Origin: an archaeon
Lineage (GTDB): Archaea; B1Sed10-29; WALL01
NCBI GenBank assembly: GCA_042584585.1
Contig: JBHOSQ010000001.1
Span: 32,001 to 96,000 of the forward strand
DNA length: 64,000 nucleotides
Reading direction: 5' to 3'
Position numbers and translations under genes: made by a program. Positions 1-9,530 of this stretch are shown in pieces. The notes below the pieces were generated by a model. The model saw only the letters and a list, made by a program, of their open reading frames with translations, was not told where the DNA came from and made no database searches. The stretch's first letter is position 1, and each line of letters opens with the position of its first letter.

Positions 1-113
1 TGACTTCGTTCTCGTCCATTCTAACCACGCGTAGCGTAAGATTTTGTTGGATTTGTATAAAAAGCAGGTGGGAGCAACAGCCTTTAAAAACACGGCGTGC
101 ATATATTTTACTA

Positions 114-2150
114 ATGGTGAATGTGCGGTTGCCTGGGCACAGTCTCGAAATAATTCACGCTAGCCGGCGCAGGCTCGCACCGAGTGGCAAGAAAATGGAA
201 AAGCACGTACTTGGCTTTATCGATCCTGAAGGCAACGACACTGGGCGTTTCGTGGTCGGCACTCGGGTGGACAAGATTACTGACCTTAACTTTTTGCCGT
301 TGCTTGGCTCTCGCCGCGGGAGGAACAGGGACGTTGTTTCTGTGAAAACCCATGATGGGCGGTTCGTTTACAAGTTCACGAAGAATATCCCCACGGAGGA
401 CTATACTGTTCAATCGGTGGATGAAAAGATTTATCCGCTTCTTGAGGAATCGATTCCTTGCGCAAAGCACGAGAAAACCATTGAATTGCCGTACGTGGAA
501 TACAAAGACGATGACGGAGCCATCCACACCAAAGGGATGAGGGTGATTGTTGAGGAGGATGTTGGGCACAAAAACTTGTCTGAGGAACGGTTCAACATTC
601 ACGTCTCGAAAAAAGGGCTTAAGCGTATGAAACGGGCGCTGAGGGACATCACAAACCATTCCATTACAATGATCCAAAAAGGATTATTGCTTGACATAAA
701 GCCGGAGAACTTCGTGCTTAAACAAGAAGGTTGGGCGGAGAAATTGTTGTTGGTCGACAAGGACCACTTAGTCAGATTAACGGAAGAAAACCGGGCGGAA
801 AAACTTGCGACGCTCGGTAAAGACATAGGGAGGTCATTTGCTGACCTGTATTTGTTGAACGATCCGTTACTGGATGCCAAGCGCTATGAAGACATCAAGG
901 ACTATTTAACTAATAAAATTCGCTCTTGGACAATCGCTCCACCGCGGGACCTGGACGGAAACGAAATGAAAGAACTTTCGGACAAGGACGCCAAAAAAAT
1001 AATCAATGGAATGGATGCCTATCTCACGAAAAAGTTCCACACAAGTTATAACGAGCTATATTCCGCAGCTAAGCTAAAGATAAACCGTGAGCCCACACCC
1101 AGTATTGAGTCAAGTCCGTTTAAGTTTACGGGCGGGAAAAAATCAGAGATTATTCGGGGCCTTAAGTCTTCGTACAAACAGAAGACCAAAAATATTGCGA
1201 ATCTGGAACAGCATATAATGCGTTTGGAGATGGAACTCCAAAAAGGCTCCGACATAGGCTTGATTTCGGCTGGAAGAAAAAACCAGATAAACCGGTCTTT
1301 CCACCACCACAAGCTTGCCATGATGGAAGCCAAAATGAATACTTTCAATGAAATATTAGATGACTTGGAAAAAGCGAAGCCGAAGACTGAATCCTCAAAA
1401 AAAGAGGTCGATAAAACCCGTAAAAAACTCAAGAGATTACTGTCAGACTCAATTAGTAAATACACTGATATGAACGAAGCGTTCGAGAAAGAAGAACTGG
1501 CAATTGGGGACCAAGAGGCAGTGAAGTTAAACCAGTACATTATCCCATTCAAACATAACGAGGTAGTGAAGACCTTGGCGTTATACAAGCAGACGATGGC
1601 CGGAACCATCACAAAAGAAGCACAGGGACTGGAAAAAACGCTTAGGAGCGCAGAAGAACAAGGGCAATTAGAAGAGGGAACGGCAGCGAGGCTGGGTGTG
1701 CCAATGGCCATGCAAAACCTTTCGCTTCTCGAAAACGAATACGACTTGTACGAAAACATGTCTACGGGATTGAAAGAAGAGAAAAATGAGTTAATGCAAT
1801 CGCGTTACGACGAGTTCAGGTACCTTGTGGAAACACAAAGCATTGATGGGCTTCTGGAGAGCATCAGAAGAAACAAGAAAAGACCGTCGGTTGAAGACTA
1901 TCTCGAGACGAACTTCATCGGGAAGCAAATCAAAGTAGTTATCCAGAACAAGGACGTTGGAGGGTTCCAGTGGCTGCTTAAGTCCATGAGCGAGGGAGAA
2001 CTGGACGAGCTAAGCAAGGCAGTCAGTAGCCTCCCCAAGCAAAGCGAAGACGCGCTCGACTACAACATCAAGCACTGCAAAAAGCAACTCGATGAACTGG
2101 TGGGCCTAATCGCTCCAGTAAAAGAACTAACTGACAAGTACTATCAATAA
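114..2150 (+). CDS. Orphan protein with protein-kinase-like N-terminal domain and long helical/coiled-coil C-terminus
   Basis: VSVKT (VAxK-like), LLDIKPENF catalytic-loop motif, LVDKD at the DFG position; K/E-rich helical tail; AT-richer than neighbours. Confidence 0.6.
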   Translation: MVNVRLPGHSLEIIHASRRRLAPSGKKMEKHVLGFIDPEGNDTGRFVVGTRVDKITDLNFLPLLGSRRGRNRDVVSVKTHDGRFVYKFTKNIPTEDYTVQSVDEKIYPLLEESIPCAKHEKTIELPYVEYKDDDGAIHTKGMRVIVEEDVGHKNLSEERFNIHVSKKGLKRMKRALRDITNHSITMIQKGLLLDIKPENFVLKQEGWAEKLLLVDKDHLVRLTEENRAEKLATLGKDIGRSFADLYLLNDPLLDAKRYEDIKDYLTNKIRSWTIAPPRDLDGNEMKELSDKDAKKIINGMDAYLTKKFHTSYNELYSAAKLKINREPTPSIESSPFKFTGGKKSEIIRGLKSSYKQKTKNIANLEQHIMRLEMELQKGSDIGLISAGRKNQINRSFHHHKLAMMEAKMNTFNEILDDLEKAKPKTESSKKEVDKTRKKLKRLLSDSISKYTDMNEAFEKEELAIGDQEAVKLNQYIIPFKHNEVVKTLALYKQTMAGTITKEAQGLEKTLRSAEEQGQLEEGTAARLGVPMAMQNLSLLENEYDLYENMSTGLKEEKNELMQSRYDEFRYLVETQSIDGLLESIRRNKKRPSVEDYLETNFIGKQIKVVIQNKDVGGFQWLLKSMSEGELDELSKAVSSLPKQSEDALDYNIKHCKKQLDELVGLIAPVKELTDKYYQ

Positions 2151-3574
2151 GCGCTGCTCAGCAATCCGATGTTCTCGGCTTTTTTGCCGCAGCCAACGCA
2201 CTTGCCGCTGACCCTTGACGTTGACTTTCGGTCAACGTCATAAACCACGGTGCCGCGGAACTCAAGCTTCTTCATCTTGCCTTCCAATGCCTGCCAGCAG
2301 TCCTTGCTGCCGCACACCGGAACGGTCACGGGCAGCGACGCCTTGTCCGCCTCCTTCAGCGAGTCCATAGACTTCGCGTTGACGATTGCCTGCCCGTGGA
2401 ACTCAAGCGCTTTTTTCTTCATGGCTTTCGTGACGTCCGCCAAAATCTTCGCGACTTCCTTGTTAACATCCTTGAGGGCCACCGCTTTCTTTTGGCGCGT
2501 GTCCCTGCGCACCAAAACCGCTTCGCCTTTCTCGACGTCACGCGGCCCAATCTCTATGCGGACGGGCACGCCCTTTAGCTCCCAGCGGTAATACTTCGCG
2601 CCGGGGTTGTCGTCGCTGGTGTCGATTTCTTTGCGGCACGTAAGTGAATCGAAAATCTTTTTTGCTGCGGACTCTATTTTTTTCTTGTCGCCCTTGAACA
2701 CGACGGGAACGACAACCGCTTGAATCGGCGCGAACTCCGGCGGAAGCACGAGGCCGTGCTCGTCGCCGTGCACCCCAATCAACGCCGCGATTATTCTTGA
2801 CGAAATCCCGTGGCTGTTGAGGTGGCACAGTTGCTGTTCGCCCTTTTCGTTTTCGTACGTTACCTCGAAAGTCTTTGCGAACCCGGTGCCGAGGTCGTGG
2901 CTCGTTGCGGATTGTAATGTCTTGTAGTCGGGCATGACAACGTCCCACGCCACTGTCTTGACTGCGCCGGGGAAACGGTCCCAGTCCGGCCGCTCCACAA
3001 CAAGCGCGGGAACGCCGAGCGCGGCGAAGAATTCGTTGTACGCCTTTTCGATTGTCTTCATTTCTTCGTCCACTGTTTTTTGGTCCGCGTGCGCACAGTG
3101 CGCTTCCTTGAAAGTAGAGATTTCGCGGTCGCGGATAAGCGGGCGGGTGTGCTTTGTCTCGTAGCGGAACGTGTTCACGATTTGATAAATCTTGAGTGGC
3201 AGGTCGGCGTGGCTGCGTATCCATAACTTGAACATCGGGTACATCACGGTCTCGCTGGTTGGGCGCAACGCGAGGGGGACCTCAAGGTCGGTGAGCCCGC
3301 CTTTGGTGACCCAGTACACGCCGTCTTCGAATCCCTTGATGTGCTGTGCTTCCTTCATTAGCTGGGGTTGCGGGATGAGCATTGGGAACAACGTTTCTTC
3401 GTGGCCCGTCTCGTCCATTAGGCGGCCGAGCTCGCCGAACACCAGCTTGCGCAGCTTGAACCCGAACGGGCGCCAGGCATACGTGCCCTTAAGGTTGTAC
3501 CTGGAGTCGATGACTTCGGCGTCCTCCAGCACAGAGTGGTACCAGTCAGAAAAGTTAGCTCTTGACGTTTCCAT
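2144..3574 (-). CDS. proS: Proline--tRNA ligase (archaeal/eukaryotic type)
   Basis: LALRPTSET, FRYETKHTRPLIRDRE motif 2, WELKGVPVRIEIGPRD anticodon domain, C-terminal Zn motif ending in Y. Confidence 0.97.
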   Translation of the reverse strand: METSRANFSDWYHSVLEDAEVIDSRYNLKGTYAWRPFGFKLRKLVFGELGRLMDETGHEETLFPMLIPQPQLMKEAQHIKGFEDGVYWVTKGGLTDLEVPLALRPTSETVMYPMFKLWIRSHADLPLKIYQIVNTFRYETKHTRPLIRDREISTFKEAHCAHADQKTVDEEMKTIEKAYNEFFAALGVPALVVERPDWDRFPGAVKTVAWDVVMPDYKTLQSATSHDLGTGFAKTFEVTYENEKGEQQLCHLNSHGISSRIIAALIGVHGDEHGLVLPPEFAPIQAVVVPVVFKGDKKKIESAAKKIFDSLTCRKEIDTSDDNPGAKYYRWELKGVPVRIEIGPRDVEKGEAVLVRRDTRQKKAVALKDVNKEVAKILADVTKAMKKKALEFHGQAIVNAKSMDSLKEADKASLPVTVPVCGSKDCWQALEGKMKKLEFRGTVVYDVDRKSTSRVSGKCVGCGKKAENIGLLSSAY

Positions 3575-3658
3575 TGAAAAACCCCCTTTCCCAAGGATTG
3601 AGGAAATAAAGGTCGTGGGGATATAAAAGTGTGCTGGGGAAACAGGTTACCCCACCAC

Positions 3659-3722
3659 AAGGACTTGGGGGGCGCCACAACTGGCCTCTGGGGGGATACC
3701 AATTGGCATCCCCCAAGTCCTT
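3659..3722. repeat. REP-like palindrome family A, inverted doublet
   Basis: aaggacttggggg (3659) is the exact reverse complement of cccccaagtcctt (ending 3722); internal gggggataccaattggcatccccc hairpin; homologous to 43895-43955. Confidence 0.75.
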
Positions 3723-3894
3723 TGGGCTGTCGGAAGCGCCCCCACTGCCACCCGGGGGTTGGGCTTCTGCGCCGGAGGGCGAGCCAGCAGAACAGGAGGG
3801 CAAACGGAGCCGGGTTTTTCCTGCGTTCTGCAGCGATTCTCCTGCATAGGTTTTTATAGGGAGGATGGTTAAACAGTATTAAGGGGGGCTGTTA

Positions 3895-4281
3895 ATGCCT
3901 GAAGAAGAGAAAAAGACCGAAGAAACCGAGGAAGAGGACGAATCACTGGCTTTCGCCAACGCCCAAGTAGTTAGGGTGATGAGGGCCAACGTGGCGCAGG
4001 ACAAGATGATCAAGTCCGCCGTCAAGAAGGAAATGAACCTGTTCCTCGAACAGGTGTGTGGCGACGTGTCCAAGAGAATGGACAAGTTCCCGTACGCAAT
4101 GATTGACCGCAGAATGTTCGACGAGGCCACCGAGGCCTACAGGACCATGGACAAAGTCGTCGAGGAAAAGAAGCGCATAATCGCGCACCTCGAAGCAATC
4201 AAGGAAGACTGCAACAAGCTCATCCGCGATGTCGACGAAACGTTCAAGTCCGACGACGAAGAAGAAGAAGCCGCGGAATAA
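3895..4281 (+). CDS. Histone-fold protein with C-terminal coiled coil and acidic tails
   Basis: LAFANAQVVRVMRANVAQDKMIKSAVKKEMNLFLE resembles an NF-YB/HMf-like fold, followed by a heptad helix. Confidence 0.7.
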   Translation: MPEEEKKTEETEEEDESLAFANAQVVRVMRANVAQDKMIKSAVKKEMNLFLEQVCGDVSKRMDKFPYAMIDRRMFDEATEAYRTMDKVVEEKKRIIAHLEAIKEDCNKLIRDVDETFKSDDEEEEAAE

Positions 4282-4299
4282 AGCTCGTTCTGGTGACTA

Positions 4300-5481
4300 A
4301 TGGACGCCGAGAAGCTCAGCAAGAATATTTCCAAGATTTACGCATTCTCGTTCCTGTGGCACCTGCATTTCATGGCTGGCGTGCTGATTCCGTTCTTCAC
4401 GCTGTGGGGCAAAATCTCGTTTACCGAGATAATGCTCCTCCAATCCTTTTTTGTTGTATCAGTGTTTTTGCTGGAAATTCCGACCGGCGCAGTCGCCGAT
4501 AGGTTCGGCCGCAAAACGTCGCTGATTCTTTCGTCACTAGTCAGCATGGTCGGCGTGATTGTCTATTCGTCTTATCCATCAATAGCGGTGTTCGCGCTCG
4601 GCGAATTCATTTTCGCGATAGGCTCGTCGCTCATAAGCGGTGCGGACGAGGCCTTGATGTACGACACCCTCAAAAAAACGGGGAGGGTCCGGGAATCCAA
4701 AAAGATTCTGCCGCGCATGCACTCGTTCCGCATACTCGGCGTGATGGTTGGCGCGCCAATCGGCGGCATAATCGGGTACTACCTCGGGCTGCAGTACGCC
4801 GTGATGCTAATGGCCATTCCAATGGCACTGTCCGCGCTCGTCGCGTGGACCCTGGAAGAGCCAAAAACAAGGAAGAGCAAGGAGTCCACACGGTACATCG
4901 ACACGCTCATCAGCGGGGTCACGTACTTCCGCAAGCACAAAATACTGAGAAAACTAGCGGCAGACGAAATCACGATAGGCGCGGTCATCTTCTTCATTAT
5001 TTGGCTGTACCAGCCCGCGCTGCAGAGCGCAGGCGTCGCGATTATTTGGTTCGGGTTCGTCCACGCGTTGATAGCCGTCGCCCAAATCGTTTTCCAGAAC
5101 AACTTCGAGCGGCTCGAAAAGTTCTTCGGGAAAAAGGGGTACATCAAGTACAGCGCGATCATTCCGGGGATTTGTTTCATCTTGCTGGCATTGGGAGTTG
5201 GCGCATGGGCCATGGTGGGGCTGATTACGTTGATTGCGGCGTTCGGGCTGTCGCGCAGGGCATTGTACGCCAACTACTACAACAAGCACATTGAAAGCAA
5301 GAACCGGGCCACGGTGCTTTCCACGATTCGGATGGTGGGCAGCTTCGTGCGGGCGCTGCTGTACCCCCTCGTTGGGGTAATGGTCGACTTTTCATTGCCG
5401 CTGGCGCTTGGGGCGATTGGAGTGGTTTTGGTCGCTGCGGCGCTGCTGAGCAGGGTTGAAGATTACATGCTGGTGGACTAG
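4300..5481 (+). CDS. MFS transporter
   Basis: LEIPTGAVADRFGRKTSL motif A; about 12 TM segments. Confidence 0.93.
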   Translation: MDAEKLSKNISKIYAFSFLWHLHFMAGVLIPFFTLWGKISFTEIMLLQSFFVVSVFLLEIPTGAVADRFGRKTSLILSSLVSMVGVIVYSSYPSIAVFALGEFIFAIGSSLISGADEALMYDTLKKTGRVRESKKILPRMHSFRILGVMVGAPIGGIIGYYLGLQYAVMLMAIPMALSALVAWTLEEPKTRKSKESTRYIDTLISGVTYFRKHKILRKLAADEITIGAVIFFIIWLYQPALQSAGVAIIWFGFVHALIAVAQIVFQNNFERLEKFFGKKGYIKYSAIIPGICFILLALGVGAWAMVGLITLIAAFGLSRRALYANYYNKHIESKNRATVLSTIRMVGSFVRALLYPLVGVMVDFSLPLALGAIGVVLVAAALLSRVEDYMLVD

Positions 5482-5519
5482 CGCGTGCTAGCAAGCGTAA
5501 AGAAAAAAAAATAGATGGT

Positions 5520-5543
5520 CGGGACGCAGCAAGCCGCGTCCCG
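5520..5543 (-). terminator. Hairpin plus T-run downstream of the small histone gene
   Basis: cgggacgc...gcgtcccg stem; A-run at ~5499-5511 reads as a U-tract on the minus strand. Confidence 0.55.
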
Positions 5544-5559
5544 GGAGTTTTGACGAAAT

Positions 5560-5733
5560 TTAGAGGTCGGCTGCGCGAACGGTCTTGCGGCCGTTTGCCT
5601 TCGCACGCGAAATCGCGTTGTCAACCATGTCCGCAACATTCTTCGAGAGAGCCTCGCAGAAGTCACCGGCCATGTTAGCCTTCTTCTTCTTCACTTCGTC
5701 CCTAACCTTGCTCTGAACAACTAATACATCCAT
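5560..5733 (-). CDS. Small histone with truncated alpha-3 (face-to-face/DUF1931-like)
   Basis: 57 aa MDVLVVQSKVRD...AISRAKANGRKTVRAADL with RKTV..DL histone C-terminus; GAGGT SD upstream of ATG 5733. Confidence 0.85.
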   Translation of the reverse strand: MDVLVVQSKVRDEVKKKKANMAGDFCEALSKNVADMVDNAISRAKANGRKTVRAADL

Positions 5734-5808
5734 TTGAATTACCTCTGGCATATTTGCTAACCACGTCATTTATATAGGTTTCGCTCAAAATGCCCTTTTT
5801 GGAGGGGT

Positions 5809-6273
5809 TTAGGCGGTTTTTAAGAGGCTAGATTTGTCAATATTTTTCACTTCGCCGGTCTTCATGTCCAGGTCCACCCTCAGCATCCGCAGGGTTTTCG
5901 TGACAATAGCGACCTTCCACTCGCCCTCACGAAGCGTGATAATGACTTTGGTCGGCACCTCGCGCTGCTCGACCAGGACTTCGGTGAGGCGCGACAACAA
6001 CTCTTTTACCCCCAACGCGCCGCTGGGGTCCAGCTCCGGATAATGGCCCTCGACCAGTGGGGCGCTGGCCTCCCCTTTCGAGACATTGCCGTCAGTTACG
6101 TCCACGGAAAACACTTTTTGCTCCGCGGGATTGAAGTACACCAGGGTCCACTGCTTGATTTCGGCCAATGTCTCGGGAATAGCCATCAGGCTGCTCAAGT
6201 AATACCCGCTCTTGAGGTGGCTCTGGATGCCTTCGTCGGCTTCTGCTTGTTCAACGGCTTTCGCTATCTCCAT
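5809..6273 (-). CDS. Hypothetical protein, possibly tandem PepSY-like beta domains
   Basis: 154 aa ORF with W-x-L-V-Y and W..A...D..TGEV patterns; abuts the upstream gene. Confidence 0.6.
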   Translation of the reverse strand: MEIAKAVEQAEADEGIQSHLKSGYYLSSLMAIPETLAEIKQWTLVYFNPAEQKVFSVDVTDGNVSKGEASAPLVEGHYPELDPSGALGVKELLSRLTEVLVEQREVPTKVIITLREGEWKVAIVTKTLRMLRVDLDMKTGEVKNIDKSSLLKTA

Positions 6274-6459
6274 TCAAAACAGCCCGAGGAAAACAATCGC
6301 CAGCCCCGCGGTGAACGCAAGGCCGCCGTAAACGCGATACGTCAAGTCGTCGTACTTAAGCCACTTCTTGAGCCGCTTCCGCGCGACCTTCGGCGAAAAC
6401 AAGTACGGGAGCCCCTTCGTAAGGGCCACCAAGCCAATCATTAGCACAATGTAGTCCAT
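6274..6459 (-). CDS. Small membrane protein, DUF2065/YjeT-like
   Basis: MDYIVLMIGLVALTKGLPYLFSPK...RVYGGLAFTAGLAIVFL; start reassigned to ATG 6459. Confidence 0.75.
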   Translation of the reverse strand: MDYIVLMIGLVALTKGLPYLFSPKVARKRLKKWLKYDDLTYRVYGGLAFTAGLAIVFLGLF

Positions 6460-6484
6460 ACCCCAGAATACGGCAAAGCGGTAT

Positions 6485-7618
6485 TTAACGCTTTGCGGCG
6501 GCCTCATAAAGGCCGACGAGCTGCTTCGTGCGCTTTTGGATAGTGTTTTTTTCCGCGGTTTTGCGCGCGTTCTTGGCGAGGCGCCGCCGCCGCTTCTTGT
6601 CGTACAGCAACAGGTTCGCGTCGTGCGCGATTTCCCGCCAGTCGTGCAAGCGGAACAACAAGCCGTTGGAGTTGTTTGCCACGGTCTCAGGAATAGCAAG
6701 CGAGTCCGCGCCCACCACCGGGCACTCACACGCCATGCCCTCCACAATCACAAGACCCTGGGTTTCGGCTTCGGAAGCAATCACGGAAAACGCCGCTTCC
6801 TTGTACAGCTTAACCAAGTCCTTGTCGTCAATGAACCCCGTGAAAATGACGTTGTCTGGAGCCAATTTCTTCAACCGCTCCATGTCCGGCCCGCGGCTCG
6901 TCACTACAAGCGGGGCGTCTACTGTTTCCCACGCCTTCAGGACGTCAGCCACGTTTTTTTCGCGCGAGAGCCTGCCAGAGTGCAGCACGAAGTCGCCGTC
7001 GATGCCGAACTTCTTTCGCACGCTTTTCGTGGACTTTACTTTGTCGAACCTCTTCAGCTCGATGCCCGTGGGGATCACGGGAATGGGCGCCTTGATGCCC
7101 TTGTCCTCGAGCAACAGCTTGATGGTCTTTGAGGGAGTGATTACCGCGTCGTAGCGGTTGTAATGCTTCGTGGAATACGCCCACGACACTTTTTGGCCGA
7201 GCAGGTGCAGGTGCTTGCCCTTGAACAAGTAATGCACGTAGTCGGACAGCGGCGTGTGGAACGTGGTGACCGCGGGGATTTTGTTTCGCTTCGCCGCGTA
7301 CAGCCCCGCCAGGCCGATGGAGAACGGGCCATGGGTGTGGACAACGTCGAAGCCCTTGCCCGCGACTAATTTGTTGATTCGCATTGGGGGGACGGTGGCA
7401 CGGAACTCCGGGTACGGGCGAAAAGTAAAAGACTTGAACCGGTGCACCTTCATTTTGTTGTACCGCTTTTTCCCGGGGGTGGGCGCGAAGATTTCAACTG
7501 TGTGGCCCTGCCTCACCAATTCGTCTGCGAACCACGAAGTGCTGGAGACCACACCGTTTACCTGGGGGTGCCAAGTCTCCGTGAACATCCCTATTTTCAT
7601 TTGAGTCACTTTAGCCAT
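6485..7618 (-). CDS. Glycosyltransferase family 4 (GT-B)
   Basis: MKIGMFTETWHPQVNGV, HTHGPF, GRLSREKN, ETQGLVIVEGMA. Confidence 0.93.
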   Translation of the reverse strand: MAKVTQMKIGMFTETWHPQVNGVVSSTSWFADELVRQGHTVEIFAPTPGKKRYNKMKVHRFKSFTFRPYPEFRATVPPMRINKLVAGKGFDVVHTHGPFSIGLAGLYAAKRNKIPAVTTFHTPLSDYVHYLFKGKHLHLLGQKVSWAYSTKHYNRYDAVITPSKTIKLLLEDKGIKAPIPVIPTGIELKRFDKVKSTKSVRKKFGIDGDFVLHSGRLSREKNVADVLKAWETVDAPLVVTSRGPDMERLKKLAPDNVIFTGFIDDKDLVKLYKEAAFSVIASEAETQGLVIVEGMACECPVVGADSLAIPETVANNSNGLLFRLHDWREIAHDANLLLYDKKRRRRLAKNARKTAEKNTIQKRTKQLVGLYEAAAKR

Positions 7619-7635
7619 ATAGAAAATAAAAAGGA

Positions 7636-7653
7636 GGGGGGCGTTAGCCCCCC
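7636..7653 (-). terminator. GC hairpin followed by T-rich tract
   Basis: ggggggc-gtta-gcccccc just downstream of the adhesin stop codon. Confidence 0.5.
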
Positions 7654-7661
7654 ACTGGTTT

Positions 7662-9530
7662 CTAAGACGCGTGTCCGGTCTCGTTCAAGCGCAGTACCCA
7701 GATGTTGTCGTTTACGCCTCCGACCCTGGTCTGGCCGCTCATGATGAAACCGCCGGCCGAGACGCTCTGCAGCGAGTAGCCGTAGTCGTTGTCGTTGTCG
7801 TGCGCACGAGTCCACTCGGTCGCGCCGTCTGCCTTCGCGACCTTCCATACGAAGTAGTCGTAGTCCGCGCCGTTGTGCTCGTAGCCGCCCGCAACATAGC
7901 CGTCACTTACCTCGACAATCCCGAAGCCAAAGTCGTGTTCCGTGCCGCCGTCGTACGTCACGTTCCACGTGAGCACGCCACTCGTGTCGGTCTTCATGAT
8001 GAGCACGTCGTTGTCCGGGTTGTTGTTCGTGGTGTACCCGCCAATGGCGAACCCGGCGCCCGCGCCAAGCTCGACAATCGCTGTGCCCTCGTCCTCACGG
8101 TTGTAGCCGACGTCGTACGTCTTGTTCCAAATCTGGGCGCCCGTGGCCTTGTCGACCTTCCAGATGAGCAGGTCGTTGTCCGAAAGCCCGGTCGCGACGT
8201 ATCCGTCACTCACTTCGATTATGTCACTCACCCAGCTGGACGCACCGCTCTGGTTGAACGTCACGTTCCACTGCTCGACGAGGCTGGAGTCATACTTGAC
8301 AATCAACCCACGGTTGATGGCCGTCTTGTTCTTGCCGGCGAACACCAAGTCCGTTCCGTCCTCAATGACCGCGTTGAACTCGTCCTGGTCACCTGTGGAA
8401 TCGAAGGTCGCGTTTCGCACCTCGTTTCCGCTGGAGTCCAGCACCAGTGCCCAGGCCTCCTGGTCACCCGCAGTGCCGCAGGTCCCGGCAATCGCGAAGC
8501 CGCCTGAAGCCAAAACCACGAACTCAAGGCCCTGGTCATGGTTTCCCGGGCCGTCGTAGCAGTCGAACGTCGAATTCCACAGCTCGCTTCCGTCGCTCGC
8601 GTTCAGGCTCGAAACGAAGACATCCCAGTCGAGCACGCCAGCGTCTTCCTGGTAGCCCATAGTGTAAAGGCTGCCTTCACCCCCGCCATAGCCGACTTCG
8701 TTCCTGCCACTGTCGAGTGATGCCGCCCAAGGCGCAACCGCTGCGCCGCCGGCGCAGTCCGCGTCGGCTCCGTCGACGTCGCCGTCACAGTCGTTGTCCA
8801 AAGTGTCCCCGCAGCTGGCTTCGTTGGCGCCTTCGTTGGCGACACAGTCGCACGTACCCGCGCCGTCACACTTAGCGCCCGGCGGGTACGAGGGGTCGTC
8901 AATACAAATTGTTCCCGCGGCTTCGTTCGCGGCGGCTTGGTCGCACACGCCCGCACCGTCACACTGTGATACCAAACAGTCGTCAGCGGTTGTGTCAGTG
9001 CACGCCGTGGTTATCACATCAAACGTACAACTCGAGTCACAGCAGTCACCGTCATCGGTGTTGCCGTCGTCGCACGTTTCACCAACATCGACTACTCCGT
9101 CGCCGCAGCCAGGAGTTCCAGCGGTAATTGCGGCTGTTTGGAGCACGACTTGGCTTACGTCTGGCCCCCACAGCGTCACTATTAATCCTTCGGTTCCGCT
9201 GGTGTTACATGCTTCTTGTCCAACGATTGGATAGTTACATGCAATACTTCCACTTGTTAAGTATAATGGGCCGGCAATGGGTTCCGAGCCGAGGTTTGCC
9301 ACAAGTATTTTTCCGCCGCCAATTGGTGTCGCAGTGATTGCGATTGGCGTGTTTGGGGTGGATTGTTTCGTGGCAAGGCCCGCACCCCAAAAGTAAAGGG
9401 CGACCGCCGCAACAACAGCAATTGCGATTAGCAGAACAACAGCAACAACGGGGGAAATCCCTTTCGGGTTTTCCGGTTGTTTCTTCTGCAACCGCTTGTC
9501 AGTAGAAGTTCCGCGTTTCATGAGTATCAC
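7662..9530 (-). CDS. Archaeal type IV pilin-like (class III signal) protein with Cys-rich repeats and beta-propeller-like C-terminus
   Basis: KG|ISPVVAVVLLIAIAVVAAVALYFW; CGDGVVDVGETCDDGN repeat; DNDCDGDVDGADADC; repeated G..W..T(Y/F) blades. Confidence 0.85.
   Translation of the reverse strand: MILMKRGTSTDKRLQKKQPENPKGISPVVAVVLLIAIAVVAAVALYFWGAGLATKQSTPNTPIAITATPIGGGKILVANLGSEPIAGPLYLTSGSIACNYPIVGQEACNTSGTEGLIVTLWGPDVSQVVLQTAAITAGTPGCGDGVVDVGETCDDGNTDDGDCCDSSCTFDVITTACTDTTADDCLVSQCDGAGVCDQAAANEAAGTICIDDPSYPPGAKCDGAGTCDCVANEGANEASCGDTLDNDCDGDVDGADADCAGGAAVAPWAASLDSGRNEVGYGGGEGSLYTMGYQEDAGVLDWDVFVSSLNASDGSELWNSTFDCYDGPGNHDQGLEFVVLASGGFAIAGTCGTAGDQEAWALVLDSSGNEVRNATFDSTGDQDEFNAVIEDGTDLVFAGKNKTAINRGLIVKYDSSLVEQWNVTFNQSGASSWVSDIIEVSDGYVATGLSDNDLLIWKVDKATGAQIWNKTYDVGYNREDEGTAIVELGAGAGFAIGGYTTNNNPDNDVLIMKTDTSGVLTWNVTYDGGTEHDFGFGIVEVSDGYVAGGYEHNGADYDYFVWKVAKADGATEWTRAHDNDNDYGYSLQSVSAGGFIMSGQTRVGGVNDNIWVLRLNETGHAS

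Noticed and set aside
3629-3859. Short ORFs, or RNase P/SRP RNA, in the proS-histone gap
   Set aside because: The ORFs are low-complexity translations of palindromes; conserved RNase P P4 and SRP helix-8 motifs were not found
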